Position numbers and translations under genes: made by a program
Part shown: one piece after another, positions 54,994-64,000 of the stretch
How the letters are laid out: each line of letters begins with the position of its first letter
Position numbering within the stretch: the first letter of the stretch is position 1
The notes under the pieces: generated by a model
The model's database searches: none
Seen by the model: the letters and a program-made list of their open reading frames with translations, nothing else
What the model was told of the DNA's origin: nothing
Origin: a virus
Reading direction: 5' to 3' (one strand)
IMG/VR virus record: IMGVR_UViG_3300044720_000021
Location: 2,896-66,895 of that record
DNA: 64,000 nt

Positions 54994-57542
54994 GTGCCTA
55001 CGGACTGAAAAGCGCGTTCACAGGTGCGGAGACTCCTCTGTCCGAGGGTGGCAATTGGGACGGTGTTGGTGATGGCACTGGAACAGGTCAGTACGTTTTC
55101 TTGGACATCGGGATCTTCGTTGCGTCTGACAACTCGATGATCAAGAACGCCGACAAGGCCAGGGCTGTAGCAGTTGCAGGAACGCAAGGGTATGCAGCTT
55201 GGACACCTGAATCTTTGGACATGACAAAACGAGTGAAAATCGGCGCTGACTTGACAGGATACGCGGGTGCCAACACTGCAAGCACTGATCAGGTTGGCAT
55301 TTTCATTCTGGGGTCGAGCGGCAGTGTCTCTGACGGGTACGGAGTCACAATTCGCGACAACGGAACCACGGGTGCGGCCTACTTCGCCTGTCTGCGCAAG
55401 CTGACTGGATCATCGACTTTTGGGAACCTTGGCGAGTTTTCACTCGGTGCAACCGCGACTGCCTTTGTCGAGCTAGAGATTTATGGCGATTACGTGATCA
55501 TGTACGTCAATGGCGTTGAGCGTGTGCGCTGGCGCGACGATGACTACAGGTACGCGACTGCATACGGCGTGATCGCAGCATCCTGCGATCCTCTTAGTGG
55601 TGCAACATTTTCAACGGTTGACAACTTCAACCTTGGCACTCTTGCTGACATCACTGAGGAGAGGCACATCTCTTTGCCTGGTGGCCAAAGCGGCTTCGCG
55701 ACCGTGGCAGCAGGTGCAAGCGCGTGGGCGAATACCGCCTGGGTAGAGCTCGTAGGCAGCCACCCATTCGGGTTGGCGCTTGAGCGAGTTGACTTCTATC
55801 CCCAGGTGGCAAGTGCAACCTATCTCGTGAACACAACTTACGAGATGGAGATTGTCATTGGTATCGGTGCTCCCGGTTCAGAAGTTGAGAAGGTTGTCAT
55901 CCCCTGCTCTTGGAGAATCAACGATCGCACCGGCCATTGCGAGATTACGTTGCCTCCGAACCTCCCTGAGCCGTATGAAATTCCGGCTTTTACCAGGGTG
56001 GCTGTGAGAACGAGACAAAGCGTTGCGTCTGCTCCGGGGATCCAGGCGCTCAAGGGAATGTTCAAGGAAGTTGTCCCGGCAGGAGTCGTGACTACTCCGC
56101 TCACCCTCGCAGCAACGTTGGTGCTGACTCCTCTCGTCGCCCGACAGATGAAGCCGCTTCCCAAGGCAGTGACGCTGACGTTGACGCCGGCCGTGTCGAG
56201 GCGAGTCTACGTGCCTGAAAATGTGGCAGCCAGTCTGACTGCTCAGGTGAGCCAAGTGAAAAAAAGCCTTGTGCCTCTCAGCGCCAGCATTCCTCTCGTG
56301 CCGGCGCAGATCAGGAAACGACTGATCCCCCTCAGTGGTGGGCTCACGGACGTGGGCGCGGTCGTGCGGAAGATGTACGTGGCCGAGGCAGCCTCTCTGC
56401 CGCTTGCGAACGCACTGGCCAAGAAGGTCAGCCGTCAGGAAAGTGCCAGCCTCAGCACGTCACCTGTCATGCTTTTCACCAAGACGGCTCCGCGATCGTT
56501 GGCGGCGAGTCTCGCTCTGACAAGCAACGTGGCCATGCGCCGTACCGGACTGATCGCACTTGGTGCTGGCCTTCCGCTGATTATCACCGAGGCAGACATC
56601 GTGCAGCACTACCTCACGCTCAACGGTGGGCTCGTGGTCACACCTGCGCTTGTGAAGGAGCCCTCGCGCACAATGGCGGCGAACCTGATCGAGACGGCGG
56701 CGCTCGCGAAGAAGGTCAGTCGGCTGATGGCGCTGACAGTCTCGATGAATCCAGCAATGACAATCAGAAAAACTGCTCCTCGGTCATTGGCTGCGAACTT
56801 GCCTCTGGCGGCAGACATGATCAGATTGAAACTGCCGACAGCCATTCCACTTGCCGCAGGATTGTCATTGGCTTCCGCAATCACGAAAGAGCCCTCTCGT
56901 CAGCTTGCGATCACGCTGGCGCTCGCGGCAGAGCTCAACAAAGAGCCCTCGCGGACGATGGCGACAGGACTGCCGCTGACAACTGCTTTGTTGCGTGAAA
57001 AGCAGTTGCTTCTTGTGGCCCTTCTGCCGATGGGGCAGAACATGACCTTCCTCAAATTGGCCGGATTGTTCCCAATCTCTCTCAGCGCGTCTCTCGTGCT
57101 CGTTCCTACGCTGGCGAAGGTCAAGACTGCCCCGAGGCAGTTGAGCAGCACTGTGGCGCTCTCAGCGGCGCTGACGCGGTTGCTGTGGCGGGACATGGCA
57201 GCAGGGATTCCGCTCGACGCGGCGATCCTTCGGGAGTTCGACAAGACGATGGCTGTCAATCTTCAGCTTTTCAATGAGTTGGCGTTCCAGAGACTCGGCG
57301 GCGAGATCGCGATGGACGTGACTCTCAATCTGACCGCAACCTTGCTCGAACTGATACAGCGTTTCCGCGATGGACTGATCAGCAGTGGATTGTCACCTGC
57401 GGTCTTGCTCGCAGCAGGCGCGGAACCGGCAACGCTGTTCGGCTCTGCCCCGAGCGAGGGTAGTCTGCACGAGGTACACGAGGAAGTTCCTGAGTTGTCC
57501 ATCAAGCCCGTCTCCATTCCGCACATCACAGAGGTCAGGTGA
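54990..57542 (+). CDS. 850-aa fibre-like protein with lectin-like N-terminus and about 20-aa repeats
   Basis: ATGA coupling at 54990; repeated R.LAA.L.L..A..K units. Confidence 0.65.
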   Translation: MSAYGLKSAFTGAETPLSEGGNWDGVGDGTGTGQYVFLDIGIFVASDNSMIKNADKARAVAVAGTQGYAAWTPESLDMTKRVKIGADLTGYAGANTASTDQVGIFILGSSGSVSDGYGVTIRDNGTTGAAYFACLRKLTGSSTFGNLGEFSLGATATAFVELEIYGDYVIMYVNGVERVRWRDDDYRYATAYGVIAASCDPLSGATFSTVDNFNLGTLADITEERHISLPGGQSGFATVAAGASAWANTAWVELVGSHPFGLALERVDFYPQVASATYLVNTTYEMEIVIGIGAPGSEVEKVVIPCSWRINDRTGHCEITLPPNLPEPYEIPAFTRVAVRTRQSVASAPGIQALKGMFKEVVPAGVVTTPLTLAATLVLTPLVARQMKPLPKAVTLTLTPAVSRRVYVPENVAASLTAQVSQVKKSLVPLSASIPLVPAQIRKRLIPLSGGLTDVGAVVRKMYVAEAASLPLANALAKKVSRQESASLSTSPVMLFTKTAPRSLAASLALTSNVAMRRTGLIALGAGLPLIITEADIVQHYLTLNGGLVVTPALVKEPSRTMAANLIETAALAKKVSRLMALTVSMNPAMTIRKTAPRSLAANLPLAADMIRLKLPTAIPLAAGLSLASAITKEPSRQLAITLALAAELNKEPSRTMATGLPLTTALLREKQLLLVALLPMGQNMTFLKLAGLFPISLSASLVLVPTLAKVKTAPRQLSSTVALSAALTRLLWRDMAAGIPLDAAILREFDKTMAVNLQLFNELAFQRLGGEIAMDVTLNLTATLLELIQRFRDGLISSGLSPAVLLAAGAEPATLFGSAPSEGSLHEVHEEVPELSIKPVSIPHITEVR

Positions 57543-57545
57543 AAA

Positions 57546-58235
57546 ATGGCATCAGCACGTCTTGACTTTGTACCGCCTCCTGAACCTGACATCGTTGCGC
57601 TTCGGATCTATGAAGCTGCGACACAGGACGGTGTGTATGCGCAGATCGAACGAACCACAGCGGTCGGCACGGCACCCGACTGGATCAGCTACTACACGAC
57701 CGACGATGCAGCTTCGGCAACAGGGTGGTTCAGGATTGCCTGGGAGACGACCGGGGGAGTCGTCGGGCCATTTTCACCGCCAGTGCAAGGGGGAACTTCC
57801 TCACTTATCTCGAAAGTGGTCGCGCGGGTGATGCAGCGCAACGTGAACTTGGACGAGGCTTTGGTCTACCAGTCGGCGCAGTACGTCATCGCCACGTTCC
57901 TCAACACTGAAAACCCGGATGATCCTGCGTTGACTGTCACGATCAAGGAGCTCGAAGGGCTCACGCTCCTGACGTTGGCCCGAGCCTCGATGCAGACGGT
58001 GATGCAAGGTGGACAGAGTGAGTCCTTCACTGCCGGCCTCGTCAGCATGAAAAGCGAAACAAAGGTGGGGGATCTGCGCGACCTGATCAAGTACCTCACC
58101 GACGAAGCCGCTCTCTTGCTCGGGATCACGAACGTCTACATCATGCTCTTGGAGGACATCGACCCGACAGGGATCGGCAGCATCTCTGCGATCGATTACG
58201 ACCAGTCCCGCCTCTTGATGACGGAGATCCCGTAG
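57546..58235 (+). CDS. Head-tail adaptor-like protein
   Basis: Position; QSESFTAGLVSMK. Confidence 0.5.
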   Translation: MASARLDFVPPPEPDIVALRIYEAATQDGVYAQIERTTAVGTAPDWISYYTTDDAASATGWFRIAWETTGGVVGPFSPPVQGGTSSLISKVVARVMQRNVNLDEALVYQSAQYVIATFLNTENPDDPALTVTIKELEGLTLLTLARASMQTVMQGGQSESFTAGLVSMKSETKVGDLRDLIKYLTDEAALLLGITNVYIMLLEDIDPTGIGSISAIDYDQSRLLMTEIP

Positions 58236-58784
58236 ATGGCGGGCAACCGCGATAGGTTCCTCGCTCTCCTAGCGCTGCGGGGAGCAGACGTGACTTTTCA
58301 TCGGGAGACGGGTGGGATCGATTGCCCCTGCTTGTCACCCGAGGGCTACCGAAGCCCGAAGTGGCATCGCGACCATCCGACAGGCACTCCGAACGCTGCG
58401 CTGGCCGGCCCTCCTTGGAACGGGCTCAACCCGCCTCCGTGCAATGAGGAGGGCAAGCAGGCAACGGTCATCATCAACAGAATCATCAAGGGGTTCGTTC
58501 AGCCGGCGCAGAGTACGAGGGCGACTCGCATGAGCCCGGAGACGGTGGAACTGATGTTCGGTGAAGTGCAGACCGATGACCACATTGGGATTTTCCCCGC
58601 AACCTGGGCCGGGAGCTCCGTGGACTTCGAAGCGTGGTCGCAGGACGGCGAGGACTACCTTCTCTACGACGGCAAGCGGTACATGGTCGTCGCATGGAAC
58701 TCAATGCCGGATCCCGCAGACCATGAAAAGCATCATTGGGAAGTCGGAATGCGCCTGATCAAGTCGGGGAGGCCCGTTGCCTAG
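58236..58784 (+). CDS. Head closure/neck protein
   Basis: CPCLS; EDYLLYDGKRYMVV..HHWEVGMR. Confidence 0.6.
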   Translation: MAGNRDRFLALLALRGADVTFHRETGGIDCPCLSPEGYRSPKWHRDHPTGTPNAALAGPPWNGLNPPPCNEEGKQATVIINRIIKGFVQPAQSTRATRMSPETVELMFGEVQTDDHIGIFPATWAGSSVDFEAWSQDGEDYLLYDGKRYMVVAWNSMPDPADHEKHHWEVGMRLIKSGRPVA

Positions 58785-59358
58785 GTGGCCCTCGTCAGCA
58801 GGCTCGCACAACAACCTCCCCGGCGCGTTTGGGATCTCTCGCTCGACGTTCAACGATGTCGATGCGTTGATCTCCTCCGTGCGCATGGGCTCAAGGGAAT
58901 TTCAGTCCGTGATGAACGTCGCCGCAGAGTTGCTTGCCAAGACAAGTCAGGGCTTCGTTCAGCAGAAGATGCGCGGGCCATACGACCCGCAGCAGCGTCG
59001 TCGCTCTGCCGCGTTCAAGATCCCGGTCAGGCGGATCACGCAGCGCACCTATCGCGGCTGGCTCGTCCGGCAGATCCGTCCGGGCATGTGGGAACTTTTC
59101 AACGAGGAGCGCGGAGCCTATGTGGTCGAGACAGGAATGACGCCGGAAGGCAAGTCTGTCGGCCCTCGCAGACCCGTGCTGAAAATGTCCTCGATCGCCA
59201 CCCTTCGCTACGTCCAACGCACTCGCTTTGCGGAACGGATCATGCATGATACGTTTGGCAGCCTCAGAACCAACCGGGGTCAGTTCCGCACCTTTTCAGC
59301 GAGGATGCGTGGCTCAAGCCTCCTTGGAGTGACTGGCCCGACGGGATACCTGCCGTGA
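58777..59358 (+). CDS. Neck protein (HK97 gp10-like)
   Basis: Basic; GAYVVETG..RRPVLK. Confidence 0.55.
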   Translation: MPRWPSSAGSHNNLPGAFGISRSTFNDVDALISSVRMGSREFQSVMNVAAELLAKTSQGFVQQKMRGPYDPQQRRRSAAFKIPVRRITQRTYRGWLVRQIRPGMWELFNEERGAYVVETGMTPEGKSVGPRRPVLKMSSIATLRYVQRTRFAERIMHDTFGSLRTNRGQFRTFSARMRGSSLLGVTGPTGYLP

Positions 59359-59960
59359 GCACATACAACCCTGACAATCACGTCACGACGATGTTCCGTG
59401 CGCTGCGTGCGTACATGGAAACGCTTTTCACTTCCGATCTCTACACCTTGATCGATTCCTTCCCTGAGCCCGACGAGATGCAGACACGGATGCCTCTTGA
59501 AAAGACTTTGGTTCATATAGACATCGACAACATCGAGCCCATCGTGTTCGGACTCGGTGACAATCTCGTGGACGCTCTCTACGACAACGGAGCAGGAACC
59601 GTCGAGGAATGGGAGGCTCGTTGCCATGAAGTAACGTTCGACATCGGCGTGTGGGCTAGCGCTGAAACGGGTGGAGTGACGGCCCGGATGGAGGCGCGAG
59701 AGTTGCTTGACAAGCTGTTCGTCGGATCCACGGCGTATGAGGCTTGTCAGACAACGACGGATGGCGTCGAGATCCTTGGCTTTTCAGGGGGACAGAACAT
59801 CATCGATACTGTTGGTGACGTGAAGGTTTTCAGGACGATCGGACTCGAACTCGTCGTTCGGATCTTCTCGCGGATCCGCAGACCCGTCACTGAGTTCATC
59901 GACGTGATCGAACAAGATCCTCAGAACGTCATCGACGGCAATGTAACCATCACCGGATAG
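59355..59960 (+). CDS. Tail terminator/completion protein
   Basis: Acidic beta-rich protein just before sheath. Confidence 0.55.
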   Translation: MSTYNPDNHVTTMFRALRAYMETLFTSDLYTLIDSFPEPDEMQTRMPLEKTLVHIDIDNIEPIVFGLGDNLVDALYDNGAGTVEEWEARCHEVTFDIGVWASAETGGVTARMEARELLDKLFVGSTAYEACQTTTDGVEILGFSGGQNIIDTVGDVKVFRTIGLELVVRIFSRIRRPVTEFIDVIEQDPQNVIDGNVTITG

Positions 59961-59977
59961 AAAGAAGGGAGTGAAAA

Positions 59978-61102
59978 TTGTCTACGCAGCTTTACCCCGA
60001 AGTGAAGGATGCCACAACTCTCGGCGCTCGCTTTTCACAGCCGCTTTTCCTGCCCATCGGCGTCGAAGGCGCTAGTGCGGTAGGAGGCACGGCTGTCGAG
60101 GCAACGCTGTACGACGTGTCGCGGCCCGCAGATGCCGACACGTTGTTCGGAGCGGCGTCCTCACTGTCTACGTTGGTGAAATTCCTTCTTGGTCGGGGAG
60201 TCCCGACTGTGAAGGCAATCTCGTCCGAGACGGACGGCACGGCACCAACGCTCGTGGAACGTCAGGCGGCATGGGCTCTGCTCGAATCGGATCAGTCGAT
60301 CCGCCTTCGTCTGACCGACTCCGTGACGCAGGCGGATCTCGTCGCGCTCGCGGACTCTGCCGAGTGGGCAGAGGGGATCCAGAACAAGCAGGTGGCGATC
60401 ATGGGCATGGCGGCTGCAACAGCGTCGGCCGGATTGATCACCGCCGCAGGAGCGATCCTGTCGAAGCGGGGAGTGCTCGTTGCTCCTGGCTTCTACGATG
60501 AAAATGGTGTTCTTCGTGGTGGCAACTATCTCGCAGCCGCAATCGCGGCCGAGGTTGCGAAGAACAGCGATTTGGGCGACGATCTCGACACCCTCGCGCT
60601 CGCTGGCTTCACCGGGGTCGAGAAGGACGCGAACGGGATGCCGCTGTTCCGCATCAAGGCCGGCGCAGGCACCCCGATCAACGACTTCGAGACTCTGCTC
60701 GTCGGTGGCGTGAGCCCCGTCCGGGCAGGGCGGAACGGTGGAGTCGAGATCACCCATCTGCGGACGACGTGGACGACAGATGCCACGTTCGACTCGCTGA
60801 TGACGCGTCTCATTGTCGATCAAATTTTCATCGACGTGAGGAACTACTGCGAAGCACAGAACTTCCTTCGCAGGGGCAACACGCAGAAGAACCGCGACGA
60901 CTTGAAAGCTGGCGTCGAGGCGCTTCTGAATGAGCGCTCGAACTGGATCAAGCCGCTGGTGCAGCCGGACAATACGTTCGGCTACTCGGTCGCGATTATC
61001 CCCTCGGGCGACAACCGATCGGTGACAATCAGCTACAAGGGCGAAGTCGTGCGTGGGATCCAGACGATCCTCGTTGCCCCTGAGCTCGTCATCGCAGCGT
61101 AG
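59978..61102 (+). CDS. Contractile tail sheath protein
   Basis: LLVGGVSPV..ITHLRTT..LMTRLIVDQI..RGNTQKNRDDLKAGVEALL. Confidence 0.8.
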   Translation: MSTQLYPEVKDATTLGARFSQPLFLPIGVEGASAVGGTAVEATLYDVSRPADADTLFGAASSLSTLVKFLLGRGVPTVKAISSETDGTAPTLVERQAAWALLESDQSIRLRLTDSVTQADLVALADSAEWAEGIQNKQVAIMGMAAATASAGLITAAGAILSKRGVLVAPGFYDENGVLRGGNYLAAAIAAEVAKNSDLGDDLDTLALAGFTGVEKDANGMPLFRIKAGAGTPINDFETLLVGGVSPVRAGRNGGVEITHLRTTWTTDATFDSLMTRLIVDQIFIDVRNYCEAQNFLRRGNTQKNRDDLKAGVEALLNERSNWIKPLVQPDNTFGYSVAIIPSGDNRSVTISYKGEVVRGIQTILVAPELVIAA

Positions 61103-61119
61103 GAAAGGAGGACTGACAG

Positions 61120-61512
61120 ATGGCATGGTTGGAAGGGCTCAACGCTCCTGATCTCGGCATTTTCATCGCTGGCGAGGACTTCGCGGCAACGATGGACATG
61201 ACCGAGGAGTTCAACCAGGAAGTCGCCTTCGAAGGAGCCTTCGGCTCTGACGGGCCTGTGCTTCGGACTGTGAAGGGTGCAGACGAAGATCGGGTTAGCT
61301 TTTCAGCGGTTCTCCTGAAGCGCGGCGTTGCGCGAGGGCTGAACAGCGAGAAGAAGCTACGGACGCTTCGTGACTTCGAGGTCATGACGCGCCGAGGCGA
61401 AGATCGCACCGTCTATCGAGGGTGCAACTGGACGCGCATCACGATCAACTCGACGCGTGAGAGGGTCACGCTGAATTGTGACATCTCCGTTCCCGGATTC
61501 GTTCGGGACTAA
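61120..61512 (+). CDS. Tail tube protein
   Basis: 130 aa after sheath. Confidence 0.7.
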   Translation: MAWLEGLNAPDLGIFIAGEDFAATMDMTEEFNQEVAFEGAFGSDGPVLRTVKGADEDRVSFSAVLLKRGVARGLNSEKKLRTLRDFEVMTRRGEDRTVYRGCNWTRITINSTRERVTLNCDISVPGFVRD

Positions 61513-61527
61513 CGGGAGAAGGGCGGG

Positions 61528-61857
61528 ATGGACAAGGAAACTGAAAACCTGCTCCGCGAAGTGGTTGGTGTGCTTGAGCGGAGTGCGGTCGCAAATGAAA
61601 AACTGCTCGAACTCGCTGAGAGCGAGCAGATGCAATTCGAGCACGGGCCGACTGTCTGTCCGGGCTGCGGGAAGCTGAACCCCCAGGTGACAATCCTGGC
61701 TCCCGAGCCCGGACAGGATGGCCATACGGACGAGTTCATCATGAAATTCGAGTCGCACTGTTGTAACAGGGTTCTGTTCGGCGTGCCCGTCGCCTGGAAC
61801 CTTGTAGATGACATCGATCTCGCAACCGACATCATGAATCAGAAGGGCGGTGGGTGA
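61528..61857 (+). CDS. Zinc-binding hypothetical protein
   Basis: CPGC..HCC. Confidence 0.55.
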   Translation: MDKETENLLREVVGVLERSAVANEKLLELAESEQMQFEHGPTVCPGCGKLNPQVTILAPEPGQDGHTDEFIMKFESHCCNRVLFGVPVAWNLVDDIDLATDIMNQKGGG

Positions 61858-62405
61858 AAATGAGCACGGTGATCGAGCAGATCAAAGAGGACAGCCGGCT
61901 CGCAAGAATGCGACTCGGGCAGGATGCACCTGACATCGTTGCGCTGAAAAGCGCACCAAGCGTGAGAGTGGCTCTCGTGCCGCTGGTTGGCAAGGAGGAT
62001 CACCTTGCGTGGCTGGCAGCGGCGTCACTCGAACTGCCTGAAAACGATTACGCTCGCGAGATCCGCGACAACGTGCTGCGGCAGAACACGCTCCTGCACG
62101 CAGTGCGCAATGTCGAGAACTTGGAGGAGCGGGTTTTCAGCAGCGTGGAGGAGTTGCTGGAATCGTTGGAGGACGTTGACATCAACATGCTCTCCGAGCG
62201 GTACATGATGATGAAAATGGACTCGAACCCGGCAATGGACGGCCTCAGCGACGAGCAGATGGCCGATCTAAAAAAAGTATGGAGGAAAATCGACTTGAAC
62301 GGGCTATCTGGAAGGTCATGGGAGTTGGCAAAGGCGCTGCTTTTGGAACTTTCGCTGATCTCACTGACGGGCAGATCTGTTGGATTTTCCTCAACTACGA
62401 AGTAG
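61854..62405 (+). CDS. Tail assembly chaperone (G product)
   Basis: Between tube and TMP; slippery A7 run in frame. Confidence 0.7.
   Translation: MKMSTVIEQIKEDSRLARMRLGQDAPDIVALKSAPSVRVALVPLVGKEDHLAWLAAASLELPENDYAREIRDNVLRQNTLLHAVRNVENLEERVFSSVEELLESLEDVDINMLSERYMMMKMDSNPAMDGLSDEQMADLKKVWRKIDLNGLSGRSWELAKALLLELSLISLTGRSVGFSSTTK
62270..62277 (+). promoter_or_regulatory. Predicted -1 ribosomal frameshift site
   Basis: CTA AAA AAA GTA; -1 slip enters the 62279-62665 frame. Confidence 0.7.
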
Positions 62406-62665
62406 ACGACGAGGAGCGTAGAGATCGAGTTCACCTGCATTGTGAACATGAACTTGAAATCACGCGCTGCGAGGTCTGCCACGAGCCCGTGAACGTGGAG
62501 GCCAAGAAGGAGATGCTTGAAAAGTACGCGGACAACATCTACCGACCGGGCGAGGAGATAGACGAGTTGGAGAAGTTGACCGAGGAACAGATGACAGACA
62601 GGCGACGAGAGATCGAGTCTCTTTTCAGTGACCCAAGCGGCATCCTGGTGAGTGAAGGAGAGTAG
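62279..62665 (+). CDS. Frameshift extension of tail chaperone (GT product)
   Basis: -1 frame relative to 61854-62405; ends at TMP start. Confidence 0.65.
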   Translation: MEENRLERAIWKVMGVGKGAAFGTFADLTDGQICWIFLNYEVDDEERRDRVHLHCEHELEITRCEVCHEPVNVEAKKEMLEKYADNIYRPGEEIDELEKLTEEQMTDRRREIESLFSDPSGILVSEGE

Positions 62666-64000
62666 TGAGTCAGTCGAACTACAGAATGAACTTGGTCTGG
62701 ACGAGCCACGGAGAACAACTCCGGGGAGATCTCGACCGGATTGTCAGTCATCTCACAGGCGTCGAGAACGCGGCGCAGCGTGTCGCGCGTACCGGATCTC
62801 GTCTCGGATGGTGGGGGCAGGAGCTCAAAGCCATCGGGACGACGATCCGGTACGCGTTCGCCGGCTCCATCGTCTACGGGCTTGTCACCGCGACTGACTC
62901 GCTCGCGCAGTTCAACAACCGGCTCGGTGAAGTCGATGGACTCGCGGCCAAAGTCGTCGGCGGCAATCTCGTGGGGCTCGGCAAGGAGCTCAACGACGTG
63001 GGCGACTTCGCGCTTCAGACGAGCAACAAGTTCGGACTCGCTGCCGATGGGATCAGCCAGTTCATCACCAAGTTCTTTTCATCGAACCTCCCAGGTGGCA
63101 TTGCGCAGATGCGCGGCTTCGTGGAGGAGATGGCCCGGATGCAGCTTGTGCTCGGCGGTGAGGTCGGAGATCCGCAGGCGCTTGCAGGTGGCGTGGCTGG
63201 CATGTTGCACGCAACGGGTACTCAGGCGAACCCAACAAAGGGTGCGCGACGCATGGGCAACATCTTCGCGGAGCTCACGCGATTGTCACCGGGCTTGACC
63301 GGCGTGGACATCACCCGAGACATCGGCCGACTGTCCGGCGCGGCAACGGCCATGCGAATGACGCCCGAGGAGATTTTCGCTGTGTACGGCACAGCGTCTA
63401 TGGCTGGTGGCTCAACTCCGGTGATTGGACGCGGCGTGGCGCAGCTTCTCACGTCGTCGCTGCTCAACCCGAAGTCGAAGGATCAGAGGGCGGCGTTCCT
63501 GCAAATGGGACTGCCGACCGATCCGAACGCGTTGCGTGCAAAGGGTGGCTGGAATGTCCTTCAGCAGATGATGCGAGCGACGGGTGGTTCGAGCATCACG
63601 TCAGCGCAGCGGCAGTCGCTTCTGAACATCGAAGATCCAGCGGAGGCGTTGTCGCAAGCTGGAATTTCAGGCCCGAACGTCAGCCTCTTGACCAAGGCTG
63701 TCGGTCGCATCGAATCTGTCCGTCAGCTTCTCAACATCTCGGCTGTCGGAGGAACGGAGGCGCTTGACAAATTCAGGGAAAGCCTTCTCACGGCCACCCG
63801 TGAAAATCGCGCAGCGCAGAGAGAGAAGCTGATTCAAGATCGGCGTGCTCTGACGCTGGCGGCGAACGCACAGAAAAACCTTCAGCTTCAGGTGGTGCGG
63901 TCAATCGAACCTCTCCTCAATCCTGTCGCTCGTGGGCTGAAGCGAATTTCGGATTGGTCGGTCGGGCAAGACCCGAAAGCGACGGGTGCTGTGATTGCCG
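62665..64000 (+). CDS. Tape measure protein (3' truncated, not in ORF track)
   Basis: GTG at 62665; frame open where checked to window end; Ala/Gly-rich helical. Confidence 0.8.
   Translation, partial: MSQSNYRMNLVWTSHGEQLRGDLDRIVSHLTGVENAAQRVARTGSRLGWWGQELKAIGTTIRYAFAGSIVYGLVTATDSLAQFNNRLGEVDGLAAKVVGGNLVGLGKELNDVGDFALQTSNKFGLAADGISQFITKFFSSNLPGGIAQMRGFVEEMARMQLVLGGEVGDPQALAGGVAGMLHATGTQANPTKGARRMGNIFAELTRLSPGLTGVDITRDIGRLSGAATAMRMTPEEIFAVYGTASMAGGSTPVIGRGVAQLLTSSLLNPKSKDQRAAFLQMGLPTDPNALRAKGGWNVLQQMMRATGGSSITSAQRQSLLNIEDPAEALSQAGISGPNVSLLTKAVGRIESVRQLLNISAVGGTEALDKFRESLLTATRENRAAQREKLIQDRRALTLAANAQKNLQLQVVRSIEPLLNPVARGLKRISDWSVGQDPKATGAVIA

Noticed and set aside
56257-56265. A7 run in the fibre gene as a second frameshift
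   Set aside because: No useful alternative frame evident; run is an extension of the TGAAAA motif
1-64000. TGA(A/C)AA as Chi/KOPS, DnaA box or LacI/CcpA operator
   Set aside because: Present on both strands without a clear polarity switch, differs from DnaA box, and is mostly single half-sites rather than spaced palindromes

Overview
The window holds most of one high-GC (about 60-63% by eye) tailed phage genome with a contractile tail. It opens inside a baseplate J-like gene and closes inside the tape-measure gene, so probably only part of the tail module is missing. Order: baseplate/fibre; lysis (M15A peptidase, a secreted lysozyme-fold enzyme, several membrane proteins); replication/recombination (Hfq-like, DnaB, DnaG, SSB, HU, DnaE, RecA, resolvase, Cas4-like nuclease, SLOG, RuvC, SF2 helicase, HIRAN); an H1-like basic protein; two convergent early/accessory operons; a ~1 kb non-coding hub; an accessory operon (tRNA-like RNA, NADAR, MazG-like, phosphatase); then terminase, portal, head, neck, sheath, tube, chaperone and TMP. 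I saw no integrase, CRISPR array or DNA methyltransferase. A monoderm, probably actinobacterial, host is an inference only. The most unusual signal is a hexamer, TGA(A/C)AA, on both strands at about 6 copies/kb (59 hand-counted in the first 10 kb versus about 4 expected) and written into genes through atypical synonymous codons. It piles up over the promoter of the H1-like gene, which suggests a sequence-addressed phage chromatin system (hypothesis). Also notable: four Arg-rich micro-ORFs behind the portal, a tRNA-shaped RNA with a long hairpin instead of an anticodon loop, and an Hfq/Sm-like protein. All protein calls are from motif recognition by eye; no database search was run.
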